DNA of 64,000 nt from Candidatus Nomurabacteria bacterium GW2011_GWE1_32_28 (GCA_000989515.1 LBOM01000001.1:61260-125259), one strand, 5' to 3'. Shown: positions 9,932 through 20,074, numbered from the stretch's first letter. Numbers and translations: made by a program. The notes: generated by a model not told the origin, from the letters alone.

Positions 9932-10583
9932 TAATTGCTTTACTAATTAACACAAAACAATCAAAAAATTCATCCAATGTAAGTTGTGAATTAATTTTAG
10001 GAACATAATCATAAAGTTTAAGTGTATACAATTTCTTTAGAATGTCCTTTTGGCTTAATTTATTAACAGAAGTATGATTGTGCTCACCCTTAAACAACAA
10101 AAGATTCCTAGAAATTCTCCAAAAATACTTTTCCAAGTATACTCTTTTTTGATCATCATCAATTTTAGAAGTAAAAAATTTATGACGTACCATTTGAAGA
10201 TGCTCAATTGTTCTAATCAACAAACTGTGTCTATACTCAAACTTACTAATTTTTGAAAATTCCTTTTTAAGTAGATTCTCACCATAAATGCAATTGCCTT
10301 TGGCTAAATATTCTAATTTAAATTCTCTTGTATAAAATGAAATTTTTTTTATTAATTCCTCGTATGTGTAGATATTAAAATCTAACTTTTCGTATTTAGT
10401 ATTTAATAGATTAAAGAAAGGCAAAAGAGACGAATTTACCTCTTTGACTACAATAATTCCATCCAAATCATTAACTTTCTTTTTATTTGAAATTGCAGAG
10501 CCATAGATTATAACAGATAAAATCTTCTTCTTATCTTTTAAATTTCTAATTTCTTTTTTTAAATTTGAAAAATCTTTTTTCAT
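9906..10583 (-). CDS. nucleotidyltransferase-domain protein
   Basis: NTase-fold motif IYGSAISNKKKVNDLDGIIV (GS...DxD). Confidence 0.55.
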   Translation of the reverse strand: MKKDFSNLKKEIRNLKDKKKILSVIIYGSAISNKKKVNDLDGIIVVKEVNSSLLPFFNLLNTKYEKLDFNIYTYEELIKKISFYTREFKLEYLAKGNCIYGENLLKKEFSKISKFEYRHSLLIRTIEHLQMVRHKFFTSKIDDDQKRVYLEKYFWRISRNLLLFKGEHNHTSVNKLSQKDILKKLYTLKLYDYVPKINSQLTLDEFFDCFVLISKAIIECRKEIS

Positions 10584-10584
10584 T

Positions 10585-11421
10585 TTATTTATTGTTAAGA
10601 TATTGAACTTCTTCCTGTAACATTTTAATCAACTCTGGGTTTTCTAAATTAGAAATATCTATAAACCCATAAGCTTCGCCTTTTAATTCTATCCCAGTTT
10701 TTAAATATTCCTCCCAAATTTTGAAAGGTAATTCTCCTTTTTGGATAATATAATTTTTATTTAAAATATTATCTGCAACAATAGTTAGACCTTTAAGCAC
10801 ATGATAAGTTAAACCATGTGCGACAATTACTATTTCAGTATTTTTTTCAAACTTTTCTGTTTTGTTGCTCATATCCAAAACAGAATTAAACATTCTTAAT
10901 AATGGCTCTTTGTAGCTTTCTCCACTTTTATTAAAAAACGATACTAACTCTGGGTATTTATAGTCACCATTTTCTAATAAAAATGGGTCACCAAATCTAT
11001 AATCCAAATTTTTATTTATAGAAAATTCGCTCAAGTAAATTTTTCCAGCTAATTTTAATCCTTCAAATACTTGACCTACTACATACTCATCAGGAAGAAT
11101 AAACTCTCCTTGGTCATTTCCATCCAAGTTACCCTCTATGTTAAATATAATTTTTATGTCATTACCTAATTTATTTTTTAGTTCTTTTGCTATTAATTTT
11201 GATGTTTGTTTAGATCTTAATTTAGAGGAAGAGATAAACAAAACAGCCTTTTTACCATTTGTTTTTATTTTTTCAACAAGAGCATTCACAATCTTAATAA
11301 GAGCCTCCTGATTGTCGGGATTTTCAATATCTAAAGGAGCATCTCTTTTCCATTTTTCAAGATCATCATATTCTTCTAAATGACCAGCGAATATAATTTT
11401 TTTATCACTTCTACTTTCCAT
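10585..11421 (-). CDS. hypothetical protein (possible histidine-phosphatase superfamily)
   Basis: 278 aa with a VIVAHGLTYHVL stretch reminiscent of the histidine phosphatase C-terminal His motif. The N-terminal RHG motif is not canonical. Confidence 0.3.
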   Translation of the reverse strand: MESRSDKKIIFAGHLEEYDDLEKWKRDAPLDIENPDNQEALIKIVNALVEKIKTNGKKAVLFISSSKLRSKQTSKLIAKELKNKLGNDIKIIFNIEGNLDGNDQGEFILPDEYVVGQVFEGLKLAGKIYLSEFSINKNLDYRFGDPFLLENGDYKYPELVSFFNKSGESYKEPLLRMFNSVLDMSNKTEKFEKNTEIVIVAHGLTYHVLKGLTIVADNILNKNYIIQKGELPFKIWEEYLKTGIELKGEAYGFIDISNLENPELIKMLQEEVQYLNNK

Positions 11422-11425
11422 AGAT

Positions 11426-11878
11426 TTATTTCACAATGATACTTTTAAACGAAGTATCGGTATTTTGTATTAATTCAATAATGGGTTTTGGTCTTACATC
11501 ATGATTATTTATATCTTCTACAGAAACTTCTATGAAATTTTCAGGTATAGCCAGTTGATAAGAATCACCGACTTCGTAAACAAAACATATTTCATGAACA
11601 TTTTCTCCATTGTTTGAATAAAAGTTTTCTAAAGTTGCTCTTAATTTCAAATCCTTTGGTGTGAATCCGAGTTCTTCTTCAACTTCACGAATTACTGCTT
11701 CTAAAGAAGACTCATTAAGCTTAACCTTGCCTCCAACAGTAAAAATATAACCCTTACTGCTTTTTTCAAACAAATAACCATTAAGACCTTTTATTAATGC
11801 TGCGACCCTAATATAAAGAGTAGTGTTTTCTAATTTGATTGATAAATCCATAGTTTTATTATAACAAAAGATATACAA
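11426..11878 (-). CDS. NUDIX hydrolase
   Basis: Nudix box GGKVKLNESSLEAVIREVEEELGF, matching Gx5Ex7REUxEExGU. Confidence 0.75.
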   Translation of the reverse strand: MYIFCYNKTMDLSIKLENTTLYIRVAALIKGLNGYLFEKSSKGYIFTVGGKVKLNESSLEAVIREVEEELGFTPKDLKLRATLENFYSNNGENVHEICFVYEVGDSYQLAIPENFIEVSVEDINNHDVRPKPIIELIQNTDTSFKSIIVK

Positions 11879-11892
11879 AAGAGTAGTTAAAT

Positions 11893-12636
11893 CTAATTAA
11901 ATTCACTAATTATTCCATTTGGGTTATATAAATAAATACTTTTTGGACCAATGACCTCAAAAGAATTATTTTTAACAATAAGAGCTACTCCTGGAGGAAT
12001 ACAAACAACATTACTATCATTACTCTCACTTAGAAATTCAAACACCTTTAATTCATCACCATCTTCAAAATGTGTCAAAAAAGAAGAACTATTTAAAATA
12101 GAGAGACCAAACTCTTCAATATATTTATGTTTTTTATTCTCTGGTAAATATTTATCTTCAATAAAAGTAGAAATCTTTTGACCAAACAAAACAGCACCAG
12201 CACTAGCACCATAAACAATTCCTCCTAGCTTTAAATACTGGATAAGCTTTTCAGTAAAGTTAGCTTTATTAAATAAATGTAATAATCTGTAAGTATTACC
12301 TCCGCCTATATACAAAGCGTCGTAATCAGAAAGAGATTCAATATTTTCCAATTTTGTGCATAAAATAAAATCTAATTTATTATTTTTATCAATTTTTAAA
12401 AATTTATCTTTTAACCATTTTAATGATTTTTTGTAGACATTCATATCTCCGCTCTTGGCGATTGGAATATATAAAATTTTAATTCGATCTTTATTTAGTA
12501 AAACATGTTCTAGGAAAAAAGTATCTATGATTTGGGTAACACTCTCCGAACCTCCTCCAGATAAAAATAAGATACTCTTATCACTATAGTCATTGTTTAA
12601 ACTGGCTATTTGTATTAAAGAATTTTTTAAATACAT
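11893..12636 (-). CDS. peptidase S51 family (dipeptidase E / cyanophycinase-like)
   Basis: DALYIGGGNTYRLL motif characteristic of the S51 family; 247 aa. Confidence 0.6.
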   Translation of the reverse strand: MYLKNSLIQIASLNNDYSDKSILFLSGGGSESVTQIIDTFFLEHVLLNKDRIKILYIPIAKSGDMNVYKKSLKWLKDKFLKIDKNNKLDFILCTKLENIESLSDYDALYIGGGNTYRLLHLFNKANFTEKLIQYLKLGGIVYGASAGAVLFGQKISTFIEDKYLPENKKHKYIEEFGLSILNSSSFLTHFEDGDELKVFEFLSESNDSNVVCIPPGVALIVKNNSFEVIGPKSIYLYNPNGIISEFN

Positions 12637-12702
12637 AAAAGTATTATATCAGTTCCAACCCATTAAGCACCAGCAAAAATAATCCTTAATAACTAAGGCT
12701 CA

Positions 12703-12810
12703 AAATTTTGTGCGCCGGGTAGGAATTTCTCTCTTTACAGGAGCAGTATACCTTTTACATATTCTTTCAGAATATAGGTAAAAGCTTTTCGAATCCTACA
12801 TGGAAGCAAG
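12703..12810 (-). pseudogene. degenerate duplicate of tRNA-Tyr 3' end (acceptor 3' strand plus T-arm split by about 62-nt insertion)
   Basis: A 21-nt exact repeat AATTTTGTGCGCCGGGTAGGA occurs at 12703-12723 and 12870-12890. The first copy resumes the T-loop/T-stem (TTCGAATCCTAC) only after a 62-nt insert. No acceptor 5' strand complement is present. Confidence 0.45.
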
Positions 12811-12847
12811 CAGTTGCTTCCACTCGGCGAGACATAAATTAAAAAGC

Positions 12848-12876
12848 TTGAGCAGAAGCTCAGCTTTTTAATTTTG
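12848..12876. terminator. hairpin plus T-run downstream of tRNA-Tyr
   Basis: AAGCTTGAGC-AGAA-GCTCAGCTT stem with T/A runs on both sides. Confidence 0.5.
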
Positions 12877-12959
12877 TGCGCCGGGTAGGATTCGAACCTA
12901 CGTAGCCCGAAGGCGACAGATTTACAGTCTGTTGTAATTGACCGCTCTACCACCGACGC
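12877..12959 (-). tRNA. tRNA-Tyr (anticodon GTA), long variable arm
   Basis: Acceptor GCGTCGG/CCGGCGC with discriminator A, D-arm GTAGAGC, anticodon loop CTGTAAA, a long variable arm and T-arm GTAGG-TTCGAAT-CCTAC. Confidence 0.85.
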
Positions 12960-13028
12960 ATTTATACAAAATAACATAAAATAATTTTTTTTGCATCTTA
13001 TTAAGGATGTTAAATTTAAAATGTATAT

Positions 13029-13619
13029 TTGTGTTATAATAGTAATATGAAACAAAAGGGATTTTTTAATATTATATTTCTTATTTTAGCAGTTATGCTT
13101 GCTAGTATAACTACGTATTTAATTTTAACTAAAAAAGTGGATGCACCTGTGAATGATAATCCAATAATACAAGAACCAACTAAAATTGGATGTGATTTTG
13201 ATAAGGACACTCGAATTAATATAATCGATACATTTATTGATGGTTGGTCAGAATTTGAAAAAAAAGTAGTACAACGTCCAGTATTAGGCTCTACCATATG
13301 GGGAAAACCAAATTACTATCAGTTTATTGGAAACAATAGAATGTTTATTAATTTTGAAGATGGGCATATAGCACTTGCTTCTGTTGTTCAATATAAATGT
13401 TATGAAGATAATGCTATGGATTTTTCTAGTTTAGAGATTTTTAATGATTTTCCATTTGACGAAATTAAATGGAATAATTTATATGGTCAATATGGTGATA
13501 AAGATTATGGTGTTTATTCTTATACAGAATCAATTTTTAAGGGTGGTGAAGTAATTAAATATAATGATTGGACAGAGGTGCCAGAGAATCTTTTTATTTT
13601 GCATCCAAAAGGGTATTAG
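13029..13619 (+). CDS. hypothetical protein with N-terminal TM anchor
   Basis: 196 aa. The likely true start is Met7 (MKQKGFF, near 13047). It has one TM helix and then an aromatic-rich soluble domain. Confidence 0.45.
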   Translation: MCYNSNMKQKGFFNIIFLILAVMLASITTYLILTKKVDAPVNDNPIIQEPTKIGCDFDKDTRINIIDTFIDGWSEFEKKVVQRPVLGSTIWGKPNYYQFIGNNRMFINFEDGHIALASVVQYKCYEDNAMDFSSLEIFNDFPFDEIKWNNLYGQYGDKDYGVYSYTESIFKGGEVIKYNDWTEVPENLFILHPKGY

Positions 13620-14113
13620 GTTTTAATTTAATATCTATTAACAACAAAAAATATGAGTTGTTGGTAGGTTTTTTGTTTATTTTTAAAAATAGTTTCGATT
13701 TAATTTCCAATAGTCTTTAATTTTAATACTTTACTTTTTTATTTAAGTATGCTATTATATTTTTATATTTAGTTCTTTATTTTTTAAATAACAAAAAGGA
13801 GGTATTTATGTTTATTACATTTTTTAGTAATTTTTCTAAAAATAAAAATAAAGGTAAAACAAGGTATGAAAAAAACCTTGAAAAAAGTATAAGAAATAAG
13901 AATAATTATTTGTTTTTTGGATGTATATTTATTCTTTTATTATTACTTTTTTTTATTTTACCCAAATTATCTTAATTTTTTTCTAGCCATTTTCTTTTTA
14001 TTAAGAAAATGGCTATTTTATTTGTTATTTTATAAAATCTATGCTATTATTATTTTAATTGAAATCAGGCCTAAAGGCTTTTTTTATTTAAATAGATAAA
14101 TTATATTAAAATT

Positions 14114-15919
14114 ATGGAAATTAGAAACATAGCAATCATCGCACACGTTGACCATGGTAAGACGACTCTTACTGATGCTTTAATGAAGCAAAATGGTGGT
14201 TTGCAAGATGAAAACATATCAATGGATTCAAATGCTCTAGAAAAAGAGCGTGGTATTACTATTTATTCAAAGAATACCTCTATCATGTATAAAGGTACTA
14301 AGATAAATATTGTAGATACTCCTGGCCATGCTGATTTCGGTTCTGAAGTAGAACGTGTATTACGTGCCGTTGATTCTGTGCTTCTTTTGGTGGATGCTGT
14401 AGAGGGCCCAATGCCACAAACAAGGTTTGTTCTTAAGAAATCTCTTGAATTGGGATTAAAACCTATCGTCGTTATAAACAAGATAGATAAACCAGCCTCT
14501 GATCCTCATCGAGTTCATGAAGAAATTTTAGAATTATTTTTTGAATTAGGTGCAAATGAAGAACAAGCAGATTTTGAAACTGTATATGCAATAGGACGTG
14601 AAGGAAAAGCATTTAAAAATCTAGATGATAAGTCAGAAGATTTGTCTCCACTTTTGGATAGAATATTAGAGAAAGTTCCTCCAGCTTCTTTAGACGAAGA
14701 TGGAAAGATGTCCGCGCAGGTTTTTAATTTAGGATATGATAATTTTTTAGGCCGTATGGCTGTCGCGAGGATTTATTCTGGAAAGATGACATCTCCTAGT
14801 CAGGTTTTTATTAAAGGAGAAAATGGAACACGAATAGGAAAAATAACTAAATTATTTGGTTTTGAAGGAATAAATAGAAAAGAAGTAAGAGAAGCAACAT
14901 CAGGAGATATTGTGCTTTTGGCTGGAATACCAGATATCTATATTGGAGAAACTATTTGTATAGATGAAAGTATAGAACAACTTCCTCATATTGCTATTGA
15001 TGAACCTACTTTGTCATTAAACTTTTTAGTAAACGATTCTCCATTTGCTGGACGAGAAGGTAAGTTTCTTACTTCTAGACAAATTAAAGAAAGACTAGAA
15101 AAAGAACTTGAGATAAATGTAGGGTTAAAGGTTGATTTTTCTCCTGATCAAGGAGATAAGATGGGTCCTAGTTTTTTCAAAGTTTATGGAAGAGGAGAGC
15201 TTCATATTGCTATTTTATTAGAAAATATGAGACGAGAAGGATTTGAAATACAAGTTTCCCAACCGGAAGTAATCATTAAAGAAAAAGATGGAGTTAAAAC
15301 AGAGCCTTATGAGGAATTAGTAATTGATGTTCCCGTTGAATTTTCTGGTGCAGTTATAGAAAAAATAAATAAGAGAAGAGGTCTTATGATAGATATGATG
15401 GAGAAACAAGGTATTGTAAGAATTGTATTTAATATACCAACACGTGGTTTATTAGGATATCGTGGTGAATTTATTATAGACACAAAAGGGGAAGGCATAA
15501 TGTCTTCTAGGGTTACAGGTTTTGAAAAATATGCAAATGAGATAAAAAAAAGAGAGTATGGTTCTATGGTTTCTATGGTAGCAGGAAAGGCAGTTTCTTT
15601 TTCACTTGCAAATCTACAAGAACGTGGTTCAATGTATATTGAACATGGTACGGAAGTATACGAAGGTATGGTTGTAGGTAATGTACTAAAAGGAGAAGAT
15701 ATGTCTGTAAATCCTATAAAAGGTAAACAGCTTACTAATATGAGAGCATCAGGTACAGATGAAACAGTTTATCTTAATCCAGCTTTTATATTGAGCATAG
15801 AACGAGGTTTGGAGGTTATGAATGGTGATGAATATTTAGAAATCACTCCAAAATCAGTCAGAATTCGTAAAAGATATTTAACAGAGCTTGATAGAGTAAA
15901 ATCACAAAGAAAAAAATAA
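14114..15919 (+). CDS. typA: translational GTPase TypA/BipA
   Basis: MEIRNIAIIAHVDHGKTTLTD, DTPGHADF, NKIDK and the BipA C-terminal domain; 601 aa. Confidence 0.9.
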   Translation: MEIRNIAIIAHVDHGKTTLTDALMKQNGGLQDENISMDSNALEKERGITIYSKNTSIMYKGTKINIVDTPGHADFGSEVERVLRAVDSVLLLVDAVEGPMPQTRFVLKKSLELGLKPIVVINKIDKPASDPHRVHEEILELFFELGANEEQADFETVYAIGREGKAFKNLDDKSEDLSPLLDRILEKVPPASLDEDGKMSAQVFNLGYDNFLGRMAVARIYSGKMTSPSQVFIKGENGTRIGKITKLFGFEGINRKEVREATSGDIVLLAGIPDIYIGETICIDESIEQLPHIAIDEPTLSLNFLVNDSPFAGREGKFLTSRQIKERLEKELEINVGLKVDFSPDQGDKMGPSFFKVYGRGELHIAILLENMRREGFEIQVSQPEVIIKEKDGVKTEPYEELVIDVPVEFSGAVIEKINKRRGLMIDMMEKQGIVRIVFNIPTRGLLGYRGEFIIDTKGEGIMSSRVTGFEKYANEIKKREYGSMVSMVAGKAVSFSLANLQERGSMYIEHGTEVYEGMVVGNVLKGEDMSVNPIKGKQLTNMRASGTDETVYLNPAFILSIERGLEVMNGDEYLEITPKSVRIRKRYLTELDRVKSQRKK

Positions 15920-15993
15920 TTCTTTTATTTGACATTAAGTCAACTAAGTGTATTATATATAGAGTATAATATTTAATATTTTTAAAAATAATT

Positions 15994-17022
15994 ATGTCAA
16001 CAATATCTTTTAAACCAAAACAAGTTACAAAAAGAATTACATCACATCTTCAGGATCGTACACGTGATGTGGTGATGAATCGTTTTGGATTGACACCTGA
16101 TTCAAAAAGTAAAACTCTTGAGGAGATTGGTAAAAAATATAACATTACAAGAGAACGTGTTCGTCAGATTGAAGACGTTGCTTTGAATTTAATAAAAAAG
16201 TCTTCTGCATACAAAGAAGAACAAGCAATATTTGAAGAACTTAAACAATTAATATATTCTTTAGGATCAATTGTTGCTGAGCATGATTTGTTGTCTCATA
16301 TTTCAAAAGATAAAAATACGCAAAATCATATTCATTTTTATTTAGAATTAGGAGATTTGTTTAAAAAACATAGAGAAGATAATCATTTTAAGACTCGATG
16401 GAGTGTTGATGATGAAATTGTTGACAAAGTACATGATTCTCTTAAAAAACTTTATTTAAGTTTAAATGATGAAGATCTTGTTTTAGAAACTGAAATGATA
16501 AAGAAGTTTTTTGATGAAATGAAAGATGTTACTGAACATTACAAAAACGAAGAGATTGCTCGAAGATGGCTTTCTATGTCTAAAACTATTTCAAAGAATC
16601 CATTAGGTGAATGGGGAAAAACAAGCTCACCAAATGTACGCACGCGTGGAGTTAAAGATTATGCTTTTCTTGTAATGAGAAAGCATGGTTCTCCTATGCA
16701 TTTTAAGGAAGTTGCAGACTCTATTTCTAAAACTTTTGGACGTAAGACTCATTATGCTACTTGTCACAATGAACTTATAAAAGATTCCAGATTTGTCTTA
16801 GTTGGGCGTGGTCTTTATGCATTATCTGAATGGGGATACAAGACAGGGATTGCTAGAGAGGTTATAAGAGATATTTTAAAAAGAGAGGGGCCACTTTCAA
16901 AGGAAGACATCGTTGAAAAAGTTATGAAAGAGAGGTATTTTAAAAAAAATACTATTTTAGTTAATCTTGTGAATCTTAAATTCTTTAAAAAGAATAAGAA
17001 TGGTCTTTATACTATAGTTTAA
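15994..17022 (+). CDS. DNA-binding protein with sigma-70 region-4-like HTH plus HARE-HTH domain
   Basis: The N-terminal LEEIGKKYNITRERVRQIEDVAL matches the sigma-70 region 4.2 pattern. The C-terminal GSPMHFKEVADSI...RFVLVGRGLYALSEWGY matches the HARE-HTH pattern. No sigma regions 2 or 3 are recognisable. Confidence 0.5.
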   Translation: MSTISFKPKQVTKRITSHLQDRTRDVVMNRFGLTPDSKSKTLEEIGKKYNITRERVRQIEDVALNLIKKSSAYKEEQAIFEELKQLIYSLGSIVAEHDLLSHISKDKNTQNHIHFYLELGDLFKKHREDNHFKTRWSVDDEIVDKVHDSLKKLYLSLNDEDLVLETEMIKKFFDEMKDVTEHYKNEEIARRWLSMSKTISKNPLGEWGKTSSPNVRTRGVKDYAFLVMRKHGSPMHFKEVADSISKTFGRKTHYATCHNELIKDSRFVLVGRGLYALSEWGYKTGIAREVIRDILKREGPLSKEDIVEKVMKERYFKKNTILVNLVNLKFFKKNKNGLYTIV

Positions 17023-17094
17023 TACTTTCTCAAAAGACATATCTTTAATAGATATGTCTTTTTTATTTACTTTATACATATTTTATATTAAAAT

Positions 17095-18477
17095 ATGTAT
17101 GATATGAATATTCTAATAAAAGAAATGAAAGAGTTTTGGTTGGTACTTGCTTTTTTGATTCTTGGTTATTTTGTTTTACAATTTGATATTGTAGCTTTTT
17201 GGGTATATAAAATATTTTTAGGACTTTTGCCTATCGTTATAACAATAACTTTGGGTATAATTACTTATTTTTTTTGGCTTCATTACATTAGAGCTAATTT
17301 TATTTCTGGTATTGATTGGGTTTTACTTGAAATAGTTCCCCCAAGAGATGTAGAAAGATCACCAAAAGCTATGGAACTTTTTATTACAAATGCTCTTTAT
17401 CATACTAGTATGAAAAGTGGACTTGAATTATATTGGCAAGGAGCAGTTTGGTTTTGGTTTTCTTTAGAAATAGCATCTATTGATGGTCAGGTTCATTTTT
17501 ATGTTCGTACTCCTACACGTACTAAGGGATTATTAGAAACTCAAATATATGCCCAATTTCCACAAGCTCAAGTGAAAGTAGTAGAAGATTATACTTTGGC
17601 TGTTGATAAGATAAGTCCTGAAAGTAAATGGAATCTTTGGGGATGTGAATTTTCTTTGCTAAAACCTGATTCTTTTCCTATAAAGACTTATGTTGATTTT
17701 GGGTTAGATAAAGATCCCAAAGAAGAATATAAAATTGATCCTATTGCTCCGGTTATAGAACTTTTTGGTTCTATCGGAAAAGGTGAACAAATGTGGATGC
17801 AGATTGTTGTAACACCTTCAAAAAAAGAATATCCTGTACATGCAGGTATCTTTACTAAAACTCATGATTGGGTAAAACAAGCAGAAATGGAATTAGATAA
17901 AATAGCAAAACCATATACAAAGATTGAACATTTTCCCGATGGTTCTATTCAAAAATCAGGACGTACTCCTGATTCAGTAAGGCCACTTATTGATGCTATA
18001 AATAGAAAAATGATGAAAGTAGGTTTTGATACTGGGATTAGGGTTTGTTATGTCGCAAAGAAGGAGGTTTTTGATATGAGCAACAGAAGAAATATTCGTC
18101 TTATCTTTCGACAATATGCTCAACCTTACATAAATCAGCTTGAACGTATCAATTCTACTCAGGCTGATGCTTTTGGGACAAATTTTCTTGCTACCTTTTT
18201 TCCATTATCTAATAAAAAAGTTATGCGTTTAGCAGACAGAATGCTTGAAGAATACAGAGAAAGAGAATTTTTCCATCCACCAATGAGACATAAAATACAC
18301 CTACCTTGGCCTATTTCTCCTGTTTTGTTTCCTAATTTTTTTCATCATCACATAAATGTCTTGAATACTGAAGAGATAGCAACATTATGGCATTTCCCTG
18401 GTCAAATATTAAAAGTTCCTACATTAGAACGCATAGAATCAAAAGAAGCATCTCCTCCTACTAATTTACCTATATAG
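17095..18477 (+). CDS. hypothetical integral membrane protein
   Basis: 460 aa with 2-3 N-terminal TM helices and a roughly 350-aa soluble domain. No recognisable motif. Confidence 0.5.
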   Translation: MYDMNILIKEMKEFWLVLAFLILGYFVLQFDIVAFWVYKIFLGLLPIVITITLGIITYFFWLHYIRANFISGIDWVLLEIVPPRDVERSPKAMELFITNALYHTSMKSGLELYWQGAVWFWFSLEIASIDGQVHFYVRTPTRTKGLLETQIYAQFPQAQVKVVEDYTLAVDKISPESKWNLWGCEFSLLKPDSFPIKTYVDFGLDKDPKEEYKIDPIAPVIELFGSIGKGEQMWMQIVVTPSKKEYPVHAGIFTKTHDWVKQAEMELDKIAKPYTKIEHFPDGSIQKSGRTPDSVRPLIDAINRKMMKVGFDTGIRVCYVAKKEVFDMSNRRNIRLIFRQYAQPYINQLERINSTQADAFGTNFLATFFPLSNKKVMRLADRMLEEYREREFFHPPMRHKIHLPWPISPVLFPNFFHHHINVLNTEEIATLWHFPGQILKVPTLERIESKEASPPTNLPI

Positions 18478-18480
18478 CAT

Positions 18481-19425
18481 ATGGAAGATTTATCATCATT
18501 AAATGATTCTGTTTCTACAGATAATAATATTTTTAAATTTAGTTCTTTTAAGAAAAAGTTTTATTATTTTCTTGTTTTTTTAATTACATTATTTGTATTT
18601 ATATATTTTTTGTTTTTTTCTATACCAAGTAATTTTCCGATAAATTATGTTTTAAATATTAAGGAAAATTCAAGTTTAAGATATACGTCTAAATATTTAC
18701 AAGAAATTAATATAATTCGTTCAAGGGTTGTTTTTGAAACTATTGTAATAATTTTAGGAGGTGAAAAATATATAACATCAGGAGATTATTTTTTTGAAAA
18801 TAAATTATCTGTTTTTAAAGTTGCTAGACGTATAGTAAAAGGAGAACGCCATATAGCACCAGTCAAGGTGACAATACCAGAAGGTTTTAATATATCTGAT
18901 ATTTCTAAACTTTTTGTTTCTAAATTACCTAATTTTAATAAAGAGAAATTTTTGTTAGAAGCAGGCCCTCAAGAAGGTTATCTTTTTCCAGATACTTATT
19001 TCTTTCTCACAACAGACAATGAAGAAGATGTATTATTACTTATGAGTAATAATTTTAAAAAAAGAATAGTGACTTTTCAATCATCAATAGCAACATCTGG
19101 CAAATCAGAAAAAGAAATTATAGTTATGGCTTCATTAATAGAAGAAGAATCTAAGGGGGATGTAGATAGAAAAATTATTTCTGGAATTTTGTGGAAGAGA
19201 ATTTCTATAGGCATGCCTCTTCAAGTAGACGCAGAACCTAACACATATAAAGTTAAAGGTTTACCACTAAATCCGATTTCTAATCCTGGAATAAAAGCAA
19301 TAGAAGCTGCGATATATCCAGAATCTTCAAATTATCTTTATTATTTACACGACAAAAATGGTAATATTCATTATGCTAGGACTTTTGAAGAACATAAGTT
19401 AAACAAGCAAAGGTATTTGAAATAA
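18481..19425 (+). CDS. mltG: endolytic murein transglycosylase MltG (YceG-like)
   Basis: N-terminal TM helix and the family signature EGYLFPDTYFF. Confidence 0.75.
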   Translation: MEDLSSLNDSVSTDNNIFKFSSFKKKFYYFLVFLITLFVFIYFLFFSIPSNFPINYVLNIKENSSLRYTSKYLQEINIIRSRVVFETIVIILGGEKYITSGDYFFENKLSVFKVARRIVKGERHIAPVKVTIPEGFNISDISKLFVSKLPNFNKEKFLLEAGPQEGYLFPDTYFFLTTDNEEDVLLLMSNNFKKRIVTFQSSIATSGKSEKEIIVMASLIEEESKGDVDRKIISGILWKRISIGMPLQVDAEPNTYKVKGLPLNPISNPGIKAIEAAIYPESSNYLYYLHDKNGNIHYARTFEEHKLNKQRYLK

Positions 19426-19443
19426 AAAATAAAAAATATAAAA

Positions 19444-19526
19444 TAGCTACTTTTTCACGACTCGCACTCTAATCTGGCGTCATTGTGTATCTTGCAGTAG
19501 CGTATGTCGAGAAAAGTACTATTTTA
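19444..19526. repeat. intergenic repeat element copy A (about 80 nt, terminal inverted repeats)
   Basis: TAGCTACTTTTTCACGACTCGCAC...AGTAGCGTATGTCGAGAAAAGTACT. It is conserved with the copies at 20097 and 21399, and the ends are inverted repeats. Confidence 0.7.
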
Positions 19527-19546
19527 AGTTTTTTATAAAAATTTAT

Positions 19547-20074
19547 ATGAAAAAACATAATTTAGCTTTTATAGATATAGAAACAACAGGACTTGATGTA
19601 ATAAATCATGAGATAATTGAAATTGGTTGTGTCATAACAACACCAAGATTAAGAGTGATTGAGAAATTTGAATTAAAAATAAAACCAGAACATATAGAAA
19701 ATGCTGATCCAGTAGCTTTAAAGATCAATCACTATAAAGAGGAAGATTGGAAGCATTCTCATTCTTTATTAGATGCTATGAAAATTCTTTCTAAAAAAGT
19801 TGAAGATTCCATTATGGTTGGACAAAATGTGTCCTTTGATTCAGGATTTTTGGAATATAACTTTTTAAAAATTGGATTAAAAAATACTATGCATTATCAT
19901 AAATTAGATACTATTTCTATCGCATGGTCTAAATTACATAATAAATCATATATTACTCATCTTTCTTTACGTGAATTATGTAAATATTTTGATATAAAAA
20001 ATGAACGTCCGCATAGTGCCTTATCGGATGCATATGCTACATATGAGCTTTACAAGAAGCTAATGAGTTTGTAG
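19547..20074 (+). CDS. DEDD-family 3'-5' exonuclease (DnaQ/epsilon-like)
   Basis: Exo I FIDIETTGLD, Exo II, and Exo III HSALSDAYAT. Confidence 0.75.
   Translation: MKKHNLAFIDIETTGLDVINHEIIEIGCVITTPRLRVIEKFELKIKPEHIENADPVALKINHYKEEDWKHSHSLLDAMKILSKKVEDSIMVGQNVSFDSGFLEYNFLKIGLKNTMHYHKLDTISIAWSKLHNKSYITHLSLRELCKYFDIKNERPHSALSDAYATYELYKKLMSL

Noticed and set aside
12735-13297. ORFs 12735-13055 (minus) and 13034-13297 (minus)
   Set aside because: The first spans the tRNA-Tyr gene and the tRNA fragment. The second is antisense to the 13029-13619 gene. Neither has a recognisable motif.
13917-14099. 60-aa ORF in the typA upstream region
   Set aside because: Phe/Leu/Tyr-rich translation of pure AT-rich DNA with no RBS. 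The separate 55-aa ORF at 13807 with a strong SD is reported in the findings instead.
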